Shown here piece after piece: positions 36,489 through 45,240 of a stretch of DNA of 64,000 nt (position 1 is its first letter; each line of letters starts with the position of its first letter). Under the pieces are notes generated by a model, which had not been told where the DNA came from, did not search any database, and saw nothing but the letters and a program-made list of their open reading frames with translations. The position numbers and the translations under genes are program-made. Source of the DNA: Erysipelotrichaceae bacterium (lineage in GTDB: Bacteria; Bacillota_I; Bacilli_A; RFN20; CAG-826). The stretch spans positions 2,230 through 66,229 of the forward strand of contig SVBF01000007.1 in the NCBI GenBank assembly GCA_015058945.1, given 5' to 3'.

Positions 36489-37871
36489 TTAATCCGGGGT
36501 TTTTTCTTGCTCTTTTTCTCCGATTTTCCTCAAGCGGACCAACAAGACGATAAGGAACGGCGCGGAGATCGCCGCGGTCAATATGTCGCTGACGGGTTGG
36601 GCTAACGCCACCCCTTGGAAACCGAGATTAAAGCCATAGACCAAGATGAAGATGATTGGGATGAACGTCGCCCCATTCCTTAGCAAAGAGAGGAAGGTCG
36701 CCGTCCATGATTTGCGTATGGACTGGAAGGTGAGGTTCGCCAAGACCGATATCGGCATCACGAAAAGGCTCCACGCGGCATAGACCAGCGCGGTCTCGCC
36801 GAGTCGGATCACCTCGGGGTCGGAATTGAAGGCGCCGACGATCTGCTTCGGGATCAATAACGTCAGGATGCTTAGGGCACCGATGACGCCTGTGGTGAAG
36901 ATCAGCGTGAACAAACACCCGCGACGCACCCGGTCATAGTTCTTGCTGGAATAGTTATAGGCGGCAACCGGCTGGAACCCCTGCCCGACCCCTAAGCCGA
37001 CGCACATGACAAAGTTGGAATAACGGTTGACCACCGACATCGCCGCCACCGCCGCATCGCCCATGGGCTTGGTCACGTTATTGAGCACGCCGCCGGAGAC
37101 GGAGGCCAAACCTTGTCGGATGAAAGACGGGAGGCCGGATACCACGATGTCGGAAAGGACGTCCTTTTTGAAGGTGATGAGCTTTGGCGATAGTCTCGTC
37201 TGCGCCTTTAAGACGAAGAAGACGAGCAGGATCATGAAGGAGATCGTCTGGCTGATACCCGTGGACATGCCCGCCCCAAAGACGCCTAGTCCCATCACCG
37301 TGATGAAGATATAGTCGCCGAGGATATTGAGCAGCGCCCCGCTGACGAGGCCGATCATCGCGTAGAACGCCTTGCCCTCATAACGGAGGATGTTGTTCAG
37401 AATCAGCGACCCGATGAGGAACGGCGCGCTAAGAAGTACCCATAACCCATAATCCTTCGCATAGGGCAAGATCGTTTCCGATGAACCCAAGGCCTGCATG
37501 AACGGCCCGAGGAAGATAATCCCGAAGATAAGGAGCAAAACCCCGATGCCCATGCCGACGTAAAAGGCGGTCGCGACATAATTCGAGGCCCCCTCCCGGT
37601 CTTTCTCCGCGAGCTTTCTCGCCACATGGGTCCCCGAGCCATGCCCGAGCATGAAGGCAAACGCCTGCAAGATGGCCTGCAACGTGAACAAGATCCCCGT
37701 CGCGCCCTGTTGGCTCGTCCCAAGTGTGCCGACGAAATAGGTGTCGACCAGGTTATAGATATTTGAAATCAGCATGGAGATCGTCGTGGGTATCCCCAAC
37801 CTGACGATGAGCTTGGCCACGCTGCCTTCGGTCATCTGCTTATGGTATGCCGCGCCGCGATCCATGCGCAT
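36489..37871 (-). CDS. MATE-family efflux transporter
   Basis: 12 TM helices and a MatE N-terminus (LIVRLGIPTTISMLISNIYNLVDTYFVG). Confidence 0.8.
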   Translation of the reverse strand: MRMDRGAAYHKQMTEGSVAKLIVRLGIPTTISMLISNIYNLVDTYFVGTLGTSQQGATGILFTLQAILQAFAFMLGHGSGTHVARKLAEKDREGASNYVATAFYVGMGIGVLLLIFGIIFLGPFMQALGSSETILPYAKDYGLWVLLSAPFLIGSLILNNILRYEGKAFYAMIGLVSGALLNILGDYIFITVMGLGVFGAGMSTGISQTISFMILLVFFVLKAQTRLSPKLITFKKDVLSDIVVSGLPSFIRQGLASVSGGVLNNVTKPMGDAAVAAMSVVNRYSNFVMCVGLGVGQGFQPVAAYNYSSKNYDRVRRGCLFTLIFTTGVIGALSILTLLIPKQIVGAFNSDPEVIRLGETALVYAAWSLFVMPISVLANLTFQSIRKSWTATFLSLLRNGATFIPIIFILVYGFNLGFQGVALAQPVSDILTAAISAPFLIVLLVRLRKIGEKEQEKTPD

Positions 37872-37923
37872 ATTCTAGAACAAACTATCCGCGTTTCCTT
37901 TAAAAATAGGGATAATAGACGCC

Positions 37924-38415
37924 ATGGCAAAGATTCACGTCGTCCTTTATCAGCCGGAGATCCCCCAAAACACTGGCAACATCGCCCGCACCTGCGCCGC
38001 GACGGGTTCATCACTCCATTTGATCAAGCCGCTCGGCTTCTCCTTGGACGACAAATACATGAAGCGCGCCGGACTCGACTATTGGAGCCTGCTCGACGTT
38101 CACGTCTACGAAAACCTCGATGACTTTTACGCCCAAAACCCCGAGGCAGACATCTACTATTTCAGCAAAAAGGCCCACCACCTCTATAGCGAGGTCGCTT
38201 ATCCCGACGAAGTCTATCTGATGTTTGGCAAAGAGACGAAGGGAATCCCCGAAGACGTCTTACGCGAACACGAGAGGAAAACCGTCCGCATGCCAATGAG
38301 GGAAGGGCTCCGATCGTTAAACCTATCCAACACCGTCGCCATCGCGGTATATGAGGTACTGCGGCAGCACCACTTCGATGGCCTTACCCTCGAAGGTGGG
38401 TTGAAACTCGATTGA
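37924..38415 (+). CDS. trmL: tRNA (cytidine/uridine-2'-O-)-methyltransferase TrmL (SpoU/TrmH class)
   Basis: MAKIHVVLYQPEIPQNTGNIARTCAATGSSLHLIKPLGF; 163 aa. Confidence 0.8.
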   Translation: MAKIHVVLYQPEIPQNTGNIARTCAATGSSLHLIKPLGFSLDDKYMKRAGLDYWSLLDVHVYENLDDFYAQNPEADIYYFSKKAHHLYSEVAYPDEVYLMFGKETKGIPEDVLREHERKTVRMPMREGLRSLNLSNTVAIAVYEVLRQHHFDGLTLEGGLKLD

Positions 38416-38430
38416 CCAAAGCGAAAGAAA

Positions 38431-38460
38431 GGCTCAGCCGATTGGCCGAGCCATCTTCGT
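38431..38460. terminator. bidirectional hairpin terminator
   Basis: GGCTCAGCCGATTGGCCGAGCC hairpin between convergent genes; the U-tract is weak. Confidence 0.4.
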
Positions 38461-38466
38461 TCTCGC

Positions 38467-38688
38467 TTAGAAAAGCTTGAAGATGTGATGGGAGACGATC
38501 ATGCAGATGATGTCGAGGATCCAGATGATGTTCCAGCCCAAGAAGATACGCAACAAGGCACAGACCCAATGTCCTTCCTTGAAACGTGTGACGAATCCGA
38601 AGATCCAGGAAGTGATGGGGATGATGCAGAAGATCAAGCTCACCAACCAAGACCAACCGAAATAGTCTTTGCTCGCATTTTTGGCCAT
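38467..38688 (-). CDS. small two-TM membrane protein (YqaE/Pmp3-like)
   Basis: 73 aa, two hydrophobic helices; RBS AGGAGG. Confidence 0.4.
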   Translation of the reverse strand: MAKNASKDYFGWSWLVSLIFCIIPITSWIFGFVTRFKEGHWVCALLRIFLGWNIIWILDIICMIVSHHIFKLF

Positions 38689-38773
38689 TACGAATTCCTC
38701 CTATGGAGGAAATTTTAAGGTTTTCGGCACCTTTCATCAAGACGCTGATGGGCAAATATCGTCAAGGTCCAAA

Positions 38774-39670
38774 TCAGCGCAGGATGAAATCCTTGATGTC
38801 GTTATACGGCTTCTCCTTCTCGTCCTCGTTGAGGATCTCGTGCCTCATATGGGGGTAGAGGATCATGGTAACGTCTTTGATGCCTTGGTCCTTATAGGTT
38901 TTTTCCAACCAACGGACGCCTTTGCCGTTTTGGCCGACCGGGTCGTCCTCGCCGGCGATGAGCAGGATCTTTTGGTCCTTGGAGACCTTGGCGAGGTTCT
39001 TCTTCTGCCAGATGGTCTTCATGCCCGCGGTGAAGTTTACCCAGAATCCGCCGGTGTTGGGATGCCCGCAATAGGGATCGGCGATGTACTTCTGGACGTT
39101 CTCCTCGTTATAGGAGAGCCAATCGAAATCGGTCTTGCGGTCCTTGACGGCCTTCGCATAACCGCCAAGACCTAAATTATCCATCGTCTTGTTCGGGAGG
39201 TCGCGGTTCTTCTTGGTCACGATGATCTTGGCGATGACGTTGGCCATCTTCATCAAGAAAGCCTGGCCGCCGTTAGAGCCGCAAAGGATGGCCTTTTCCA
39301 CTAAGCCAGGATACCTTTGGATCAAGCTTTGAGTCATGAAGCTGCCCATGGAATGGCCCATATGGGTCGTCGGCAAACCGTTTTCCTTCGCCGTCTTGAT
39401 CATGTTGGCGATGCCATCGACGTTAAGGAAGAAGCCGCCATCGGGCCAGATTTCCTGCTTTTCGACGCTTTCGGCGTTGAGGCCTTGGCCAAAGGCATCG
39501 AGACACCAGACGTTGATGCCGTGGCCATTAAGGAACTCGGCGAGCCCGGCATAACGCTCGGAATGCTCGTCCATACCGGTGATGATGGTCAGGTTCGCGA
39601 TGGGTTTTTGGGCGGGCCAATGGTTACCTTTGAGAATAAAACTGCCCGCGGGGACGTGAAATTGTTCCAT
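38774..39670 (-). CDS. alpha/beta hydrolase (lysophospholipase/monoacylglycerol-lipase-like)
   Basis: Nucleophile elbow GHSMG and the catalytic His near the C-terminus; 298 aa. Confidence 0.7.
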   Translation of the reverse strand: MEQFHVPAGSFILKGNHWPAQKPIANLTIITGMDEHSERYAGLAEFLNGHGINVWCLDAFGQGLNAESVEKQEIWPDGGFFLNVDGIANMIKTAKENGLPTTHMGHSMGSFMTQSLIQRYPGLVEKAILCGSNGGQAFLMKMANVIAKIIVTKKNRDLPNKTMDNLGLGGYAKAVKDRKTDFDWLSYNEENVQKYIADPYCGHPNTGGFWVNFTAGMKTIWQKKNLAKVSKDQKILLIAGEDDPVGQNGKGVRWLEKTYKDQGIKDVTMILYPHMRHEILNEDEKEKPYNDIKDFILR

Positions 39671-39726
39671 AAAGAATCTCCGATCTTTTTGTTACCGTAA
39701 GTATACCAAAACGCGAAGGCGTTCCA

Positions 39727-41538
39727 TTAGGCTAAGTTCAGGATATTAATACGACCGGCCCCATAAGGGTTCTCATAATCGTAAAGATAGTTTTGGTAAC
39801 CCTTTAAGGGGCAATTCGCGTTATTGACGTGGACATTATCGAAGGACTTCATGTATTCGGCCAAGACCACATAGTCCTCGGCGAGGTAATCCACCACGCC
39901 TTCCGAACCATTGAACATCGTGAAGCCGTCACCGCCGTTTTTGAGGGTGTAGTTCACCCCACTCACCAAATATTCTTTGTTCTCGTCCAATGGCACATAG
40001 GTCGCCGTCTTCTTGTCATAAACCTTGACGTTCTTCGCGCGGTATTCCCCGTCGACGGAGATGAACATGCCTTTGTCGTCGAGATGGACCGAAGAGGGAA
40101 CGGAGACATCGATGTCGTAGGTAAGCCCGGCCATATGCATGAAACCGCCGCTTTCCGCGTACCGCTTGCGGGTCTCATCCCATTCGCCGATGTTGCGGGC
40201 GCCCATCTCGATCGCGTTTTTGACGTTGATGCCTTTGGTCTTGATCAAGCAGATCTGATTGCCGAAAGGATGGACAGACTTCACCTCCAGGTAGGTGGTT
40301 TCGCCGGCGTCGATTTCCTTGCGGATGCCACCACCGTTTATCAGTGAGATGTCGCAATCTAATTTCTTGTTCTCGTTGAGGAACCAATACATCGCGTCGG
40401 AACATAGGTTGCCCAGGTTGGTCTCTTTGTTGCGGATGATGCGCATCGAGGGGTCGTTTGGCTCACAGATATAGAGCTCGTTGTCCGTCACGGCGATCTT
40501 CTTTCCCATCTCCGCGGCGACTTCGTCGATGAGCTCCCGCTCGAGAGTTTTGACGTCCTCTTTGGCGAACGGGGTGTCTTTGATCAACCTCATGGAGACA
40601 CCATGGGTTTTGCTTAACGTCAGCTCGCCAAAGGCGGAGAGATAACAGCCGGTTTGGCTAAGCAGGCAATCCTTGCCCGCCTTATCCTTCACGGTCTGGC
40701 ATTCCATCGTGGTGTGGGAATGGCCGTCGATGAAGGCGGAGAATCCGGTGGTGTTTTGGATGATCTGTTCGCTGCTCGTGCCCATCTTTTGGTTTTCGAC
40801 GCCGACCCCGACATGGCCTAAACCGACCACGTAATCGACGTCGTCTTTGATCTCGTCGATCGCCTTTTGGACCACGTCATAAAGTTCGTTTGGGTTCTCG
40901 TAGCCGAGGAAGGAATAGATGAATTCCCCTTTGTCGTTTTGGAAGAACTTCGGCGTGGAGGAGACGATCGTGTCCGGGGTGGAGATGCCGACGAAGCCGA
41001 CTTTGATCCCAGCGAAATCGAAGACTTTGTAGGAATCCAAAACGTTTGTTTTTTCGGGAATGCGCTGGAAATTGCAGGAAATATAAGGGAATTTCGCGTG
41101 TTCGACGAAATAGTTGAACCCCTCCATCCCGAAGTCGAAATCATGGTTGCCTGGGGTCGCGAGGTCATAGCCGGCCTCGTTCATCATCTCGATCATCTTC
41201 ACGCCGTGGTCGAGCGCCCCGTAGATCGAGCCCTGCACTTCGTCCCCGGCATCGACGAGCAAAACGTTTTTGCCTTGGCCCTTCAAGTGCTCGACGTAAC
41301 CGCCGATACTGCTGATGCGCAACCCTCCGGCGCCGGTTTCGGAAGAATTGCTCGCCTCATTGGCGATATAACCGTGGATGTCGTTGGTGTAGACGACCGT
41401 CACTTCTTTTGGGGCTTCCACGCTGGAAGTGATGGCGCTAGAGGAATCAATGGAAGAGGAAAGGACGCTTGAGGAGGCGTTTTGTCCACAAGCCACTAAG
41501 CCCGTAAGCGCTAAGAGAAGAAGAAACCGTTTCATCAT
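39727..41538 (-). CDS. bifunctional metallophosphatase/5'-nucleotidase lipoprotein (UshA-like)
   Basis: Lipobox LTGLVACG, the calcineurin-like VVYTNDIHGY...GNHDFD motif, and a C-terminal 5'-nucleotidase domain. Confidence 0.8.
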   Translation of the reverse strand: MMKRFLLLLALTGLVACGQNASSSVLSSSIDSSSAITSSVEAPKEVTVVYTNDIHGYIANEASNSSETGAGGLRISSIGGYVEHLKGQGKNVLLVDAGDEVQGSIYGALDHGVKMIEMMNEAGYDLATPGNHDFDFGMEGFNYFVEHAKFPYISCNFQRIPEKTNVLDSYKVFDFAGIKVGFVGISTPDTIVSSTPKFFQNDKGEFIYSFLGYENPNELYDVVQKAIDEIKDDVDYVVGLGHVGVGVENQKMGTSSEQIIQNTTGFSAFIDGHSHTTMECQTVKDKAGKDCLLSQTGCYLSAFGELTLSKTHGVSMRLIKDTPFAKEDVKTLERELIDEVAAEMGKKIAVTDNELYICEPNDPSMRIIRNKETNLGNLCSDAMYWFLNENKKLDCDISLINGGGIRKEIDAGETTYLEVKSVHPFGNQICLIKTKGINVKNAIEMGARNIGEWDETRKRYAESGGFMHMAGLTYDIDVSVPSSVHLDDKGMFISVDGEYRAKNVKVYDKKTATYVPLDENKEYLVSGVNYTLKNGGDGFTMFNGSEGVVDYLAEDYVVLAEYMKSFDNVHVNNANCPLKGYQNYLYDYENPYGAGRINILNLA

Positions 41539-41547
41539 ATTCACCCT

Positions 41548-42141
41548 CTAAGAAGCAAAAGCCCCATCAACATTCGTTCTTGTGACTTTGATGTTGTAGA
41601 TGAGCGCGAGGGTCACCGACATCACAAGGGGCACGAAAATAGAAAGGTACATCGAGAAATACGCGAACCAACTCTGGGTGATGTTGCCTAAGAAAGAGAC
41701 GTTCGCGTTGATCGCCGAATAAATGGAGAACGTGGCCGCGGTCGAGACCATCGCCAAACAGGCAATGAAGGTGAAGCGACGGTCATGCTGGCGGAGCAAG
41801 AAAGCGATGACGGAAGCAAAGAGCAAACATAGGGTCGCGATTTGGAACGTCGACCTTTGGGGCAAAAGGATGTTGACGAAGACGGCGCCCGCGAAAGGGA
41901 TTATCGCCAAATAGTAGGCCACCTCCCCCTTGCGGTAGCCAATCGCGAAATATAAGAGGAAGGCGAGGGTCGAGATGGTGATTTGGATGTAAGAAGCGAT
42001 CATCCATCCACCCAAGTTATGCACGATGACGAACGTGAGCAGATAGACCGAGACGATGAGCAAAAGAAGGGTTAGCGCGATCTGAATGCCCAAGAAGACG
42101 ATCTTTGGTATCTTGATTCCGAGTTTTTCGACGAGTCCCAT
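41548..42141 (-). CDS. polytopic membrane protein, unknown function
   Basis: Six hydrophobic segments; 197 aa. Confidence 0.45.
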   Translation of the reverse strand: MGLVEKLGIKIPKIVFLGIQIALTLLLLIVSVYLLTFVIVHNLGGWMIASYIQITISTLAFLLYFAIGYRKGEVAYYLAIIPFAGAVFVNILLPQRSTFQIATLCLLFASVIAFLLRQHDRRFTFIACLAMVSTAATFSIYSAINANVSFLGNITQSWFAYFSMYLSIFVPLVMSVTLALIYNIKVTRTNVDGAFAS

Positions 42142-42259
42142 TTTCGTTACCCAATCCGTGGTTTATGGGAATTTTACCCTCCTCCGGTTCACATCGCCAT
42201 CTCTTCGATGCCAATTTCGTTTCACCTCGTATAATAGGTGTGAAATGAGGTACGTTTCT

Positions 42260-42691
42260 ATGAAAAAGCTTGGAATAATCGCCCTTTGTTCCCTTTCCGC
42301 CATCGCGATCGGACTATCGTCATGGTCGCTGGCCCGTTCGTTTATGCCCGAGAAGCGCGACGTCGAATACGCGATGTATGTCGGCACCAACGACAAGGAG
42401 ACCTATCAACTCGAAATTCCTATCGAAGAAGCGAGGGACATCGTCCATAACACATTGATGGACCATTTCCCCAACGGTTTCACCATGTATGAAGCCAAAG
42501 GCGTCTGGCGCGACGAAAAGAACGTCGTCACCTTGGAATACACCTTCGTCTGTATCTTGGAACACGTCGAACGCGCGGAAGTATATAAGACCGCCGACGA
42601 ACTTTTGGTCGCGTTAAACCAAAGCACGATCCTCGTCGTCGAAAGCCTCGCCAGCGCGGTCACGTTCTATCAAGGAAGCGGCGTGAACTAG
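42260..42691 (+). CDS. membrane-anchored/exported protein, unknown function
   Basis: N-terminal signal anchor MKKLGIIALCSLSAIAIG; 143 aa. Start set at the first ATG after a TATAAT promoter-like box. Confidence 0.45.
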   Translation: MKKLGIIALCSLSAIAIGLSSWSLARSFMPEKRDVEYAMYVGTNDKETYQLEIPIEEARDIVHNTLMDHFPNGFTMYEAKGVWRDEKNVVTLEYTFVCILEHVERAEVYKTADELLVALNQSTILVVESLASAVTFYQGSGVN

Positions 42692-42701
42692 ATTCTCCGA
42701 C

Positions 42702-43553
42702 ATGAAAGAAAAGCTAACCCTTTTTCAGCGGCGTGAACGGATCTATGGGGCGATCTTTGGCAAAAAGCCAAAGAGGAATCCCTTTAATTTCGAGATCCAC
42801 CTCAACGATGGGTGCAACCTTTTCTGCAAGGGTTGTTTCCATTTCGCCCCGCTCGCCCATGGGGTATCCCCCTACCCCCTCGACGAATTCGAGGCGGACA
42901 TGAAGCGGATTTGCGAGCTCTTTAGAGGCAAGTTCGGCTGGGTCCATCTGCTCGGTGGAGAGCCTCTGCTCAATAAGGACATCACCCAATACCTCGACAT
43001 CGTCGGACGTTATGTCAAAAGGGGGCAAGTCGACCTCATCACCAACGGCTTGTTGATTCCAAAGATGGGCGAGGACTTCTTCGAAAGCTGCAAGAAAAAC
43101 CGGATTCGCCTCGCCATCAGCAGGTATCCCCTACCCTTCGATTACGATGCGGTCCTGAGATCGGTCCTCGACCATGGCTGCGAAGCCTATATCTTCGGCG
43201 ATCGGACCCAATCGGACGCCTTTAATCTGCCTGCTTTAAACAAAGACTCTACCGCCTCGGCCAAGCATAATTACCTTCATTGCGTCATCGCTAACGCCTG
43301 CGTCACCTTAGACCACGGCAGAATCACCTATTGCTCCATCCCCGGCTACGTCCGCCTTTATAACGAGGCTTTTGGTCAAACCTTCGACGCCACCGACGAT
43401 TGGATCGGCATCCATAACCATACCAAGAAGGAAATCCTCGATTTTCTACGCACCCCCCATTCCTTCTGCCGATACTGCGACTTAAAGAAACGCCTGGAGC
43501 ACCCCATCCCTTGGTCCCCGAGTGAAAAGAAAAAAGAAGAATGGTTGTCCTAA
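42702..43553 (+). CDS. radical SAM protein with C-terminal Cys-rich (twitch/SPASM-like) region
   Basis: CxxxCxxC motif NDGCNLFCKGCFHF and C-terminal cysteines (HCVIANACVT...YC...FCRYC); 283 aa. Confidence 0.7.
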   Translation: MKEKLTLFQRRERIYGAIFGKKPKRNPFNFEIHLNDGCNLFCKGCFHFAPLAHGVSPYPLDEFEADMKRICELFRGKFGWVHLLGGEPLLNKDITQYLDIVGRYVKRGQVDLITNGLLIPKMGEDFFESCKKNRIRLAISRYPLPFDYDAVLRSVLDHGCEAYIFGDRTQSDAFNLPALNKDSTASAKHNYLHCVIANACVTLDHGRITYCSIPGYVRLYNEAFGQTFDATDDWIGIHNHTKKEILDFLRTPHSFCRYCDLKKRLEHPIPWSPSEKKKEEWLS

Positions 43554-43666
43554 GCCTTTGTATCAAGAACGTATTAGTCACATGGCAGGCTTTGATGTTT
43601 TTGATGCAAGCCGGAGTCGATCCAAATATCCTCGCCTGTTCTTCCCTATTCGCGAAAGCGCACGAA

Positions 43667-45046
43667 CTACGAAAGGTGATTCTTCGTTTCTTTCTGTCTT
43701 GCTTGCGTCACCTTTAGAATCAGTAGTGAAACGAAACAGGTAAGCCCTTCCGCCAAGGGAAACGACCACCACACTAGAATGGGCGCGTTCTCCTGTTGGA
43801 TGAAAATCAAGGCAAACGGGACCAATAAGACGATCAGTCGGAGCAAAGAGATGATCAATGGCGTCAGCGCTTTGCGGTATGCCTGAAGGATGCCTTGGAC
43901 GGCGATGGATACCCCCATGAAAACATAACCGACCGAAGCGATGCGGATTGATGTTTGGCACAAGGAGACGATCTGTTCTTTTCCTTCCCCTACCGAGGCA
44001 AAGCCGAAAAGCTCGGCAATAGGTCCGGCCAAGGATTCGAATATGACCGTGATCACGCCAGCGACGATCACCGTATCGACGATGCCCCAAAGGATGCATT
44101 GCCCGCATCGCTTTGAATCGCCTAGCCCCATGTTAAAGGAGAGCAGGGAAATGATCGTGTTGCTTAGGCCAAAGCAAGAGAACAAGGCGATTTGGGAGAC
44201 CTTGTAGTAAATCCCATATGCCCCGTTGATCAAATCTCCTTGAGGGTGGAGGGCAAACACGCGGATCATCACGAACATGCCAATGGACAATAACGCCTGC
44301 ATGAGCATGGCCGACCACCCGACTTTATATATGGCTCCAATGATGGACCAATCGGGGAGAATGTCCCGAAAAGAATGCTTTGCTTCTTTATTGAGACCAT
44401 AATGGAGTGCCATCGCCGCCAGCAAAGACACGATCTGCCCGATGACGGTCGCATAAGCCGCCCCTTCCACACCCATATGGCAAGGATAAATGAAAACATA
44501 ATCCAGGATGATATTGGTCAGCGCGCCAAAAACCTGCGCCATCGTGGAATGGAACGTCTTGCCCGTCGCCTGCAGAAAACGCTCGAAGATGTTAAATCCA
44601 ATCGCCCCGAAGGAAAAAACCGTCACAATGAATAGATACGAAGAGCCCATGGAAACGATTTCGGGGTCGCTGGATTGAATGGATAAAAACCATCTTGAGG
44701 CGAAAAGACCAAAAAGCAAGAATACGAGGTACAAGGCTAGGCCGAGGAAAATGCCATTGCCCAAAGCCAACCCGACTTTCTTGTTGTCTTTCTCCCCCAA
44801 GGCGCGAGAAAGCAGGGCGTTGATGCCGATTCCCGTGCCAACCCCTACGGCAATCATGAAGATCTGGACGGGGAAGACGTAGGTAAGGGCGAGATTGGCC
44901 TTGACCCCCGCTTCTCCCATGTTGATGACGAACACCGTGTCCACGACGTTATACAAAGCCTGGAGCACCATGGAGAAAACCATGGGTAAGCCCATCGACC
45001 AAAGAAGGCGGCGAATCGGCTTTGCCGCCATTTTGTTATCCTGCAT
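43667..45046 (-). CDS. MATE-family efflux transporter
   Basis: 12 TM helices and a MatE N-terminus (LLWSMGLPMVFSMVLQALYNVVDTVFV); RBS GGAGGT. Confidence 0.8.
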   Translation of the reverse strand: MQDNKMAAKPIRRLLWSMGLPMVFSMVLQALYNVVDTVFVINMGEAGVKANLALTYVFPVQIFMIAVGVGTGIGINALLSRALGEKDNKKVGLALGNGIFLGLALYLVFLLFGLFASRWFLSIQSSDPEIVSMGSSYLFIVTVFSFGAIGFNIFERFLQATGKTFHSTMAQVFGALTNIILDYVFIYPCHMGVEGAAYATVIGQIVSLLAAMALHYGLNKEAKHSFRDILPDWSIIGAIYKVGWSAMLMQALLSIGMFVMIRVFALHPQGDLINGAYGIYYKVSQIALFSCFGLSNTIISLLSFNMGLGDSKRCGQCILWGIVDTVIVAGVITVIFESLAGPIAELFGFASVGEGKEQIVSLCQTSIRIASVGYVFMGVSIAVQGILQAYRKALTPLIISLLRLIVLLVPFALIFIQQENAPILVWWSFPLAEGLTCFVSLLILKVTQARQKETKNHLS

Positions 45047-45240
45047 ATAAAAACCTCCGTCACGCAGTCTGATTGGACTTACGTTATCGGAGGATAACTA
45101 CGCATCAGCGAGGGAAATCTTAACAACTTTCCGCAGATTTTTCATATCGGAATTTGACATGAGGAAAAGACGCTTCATCCGTAATTTGAAGGAAAAGGGC
45201 TTTCTAAGAGTGGTAATCAAGTTAATTAGTGTGTTTTGAA

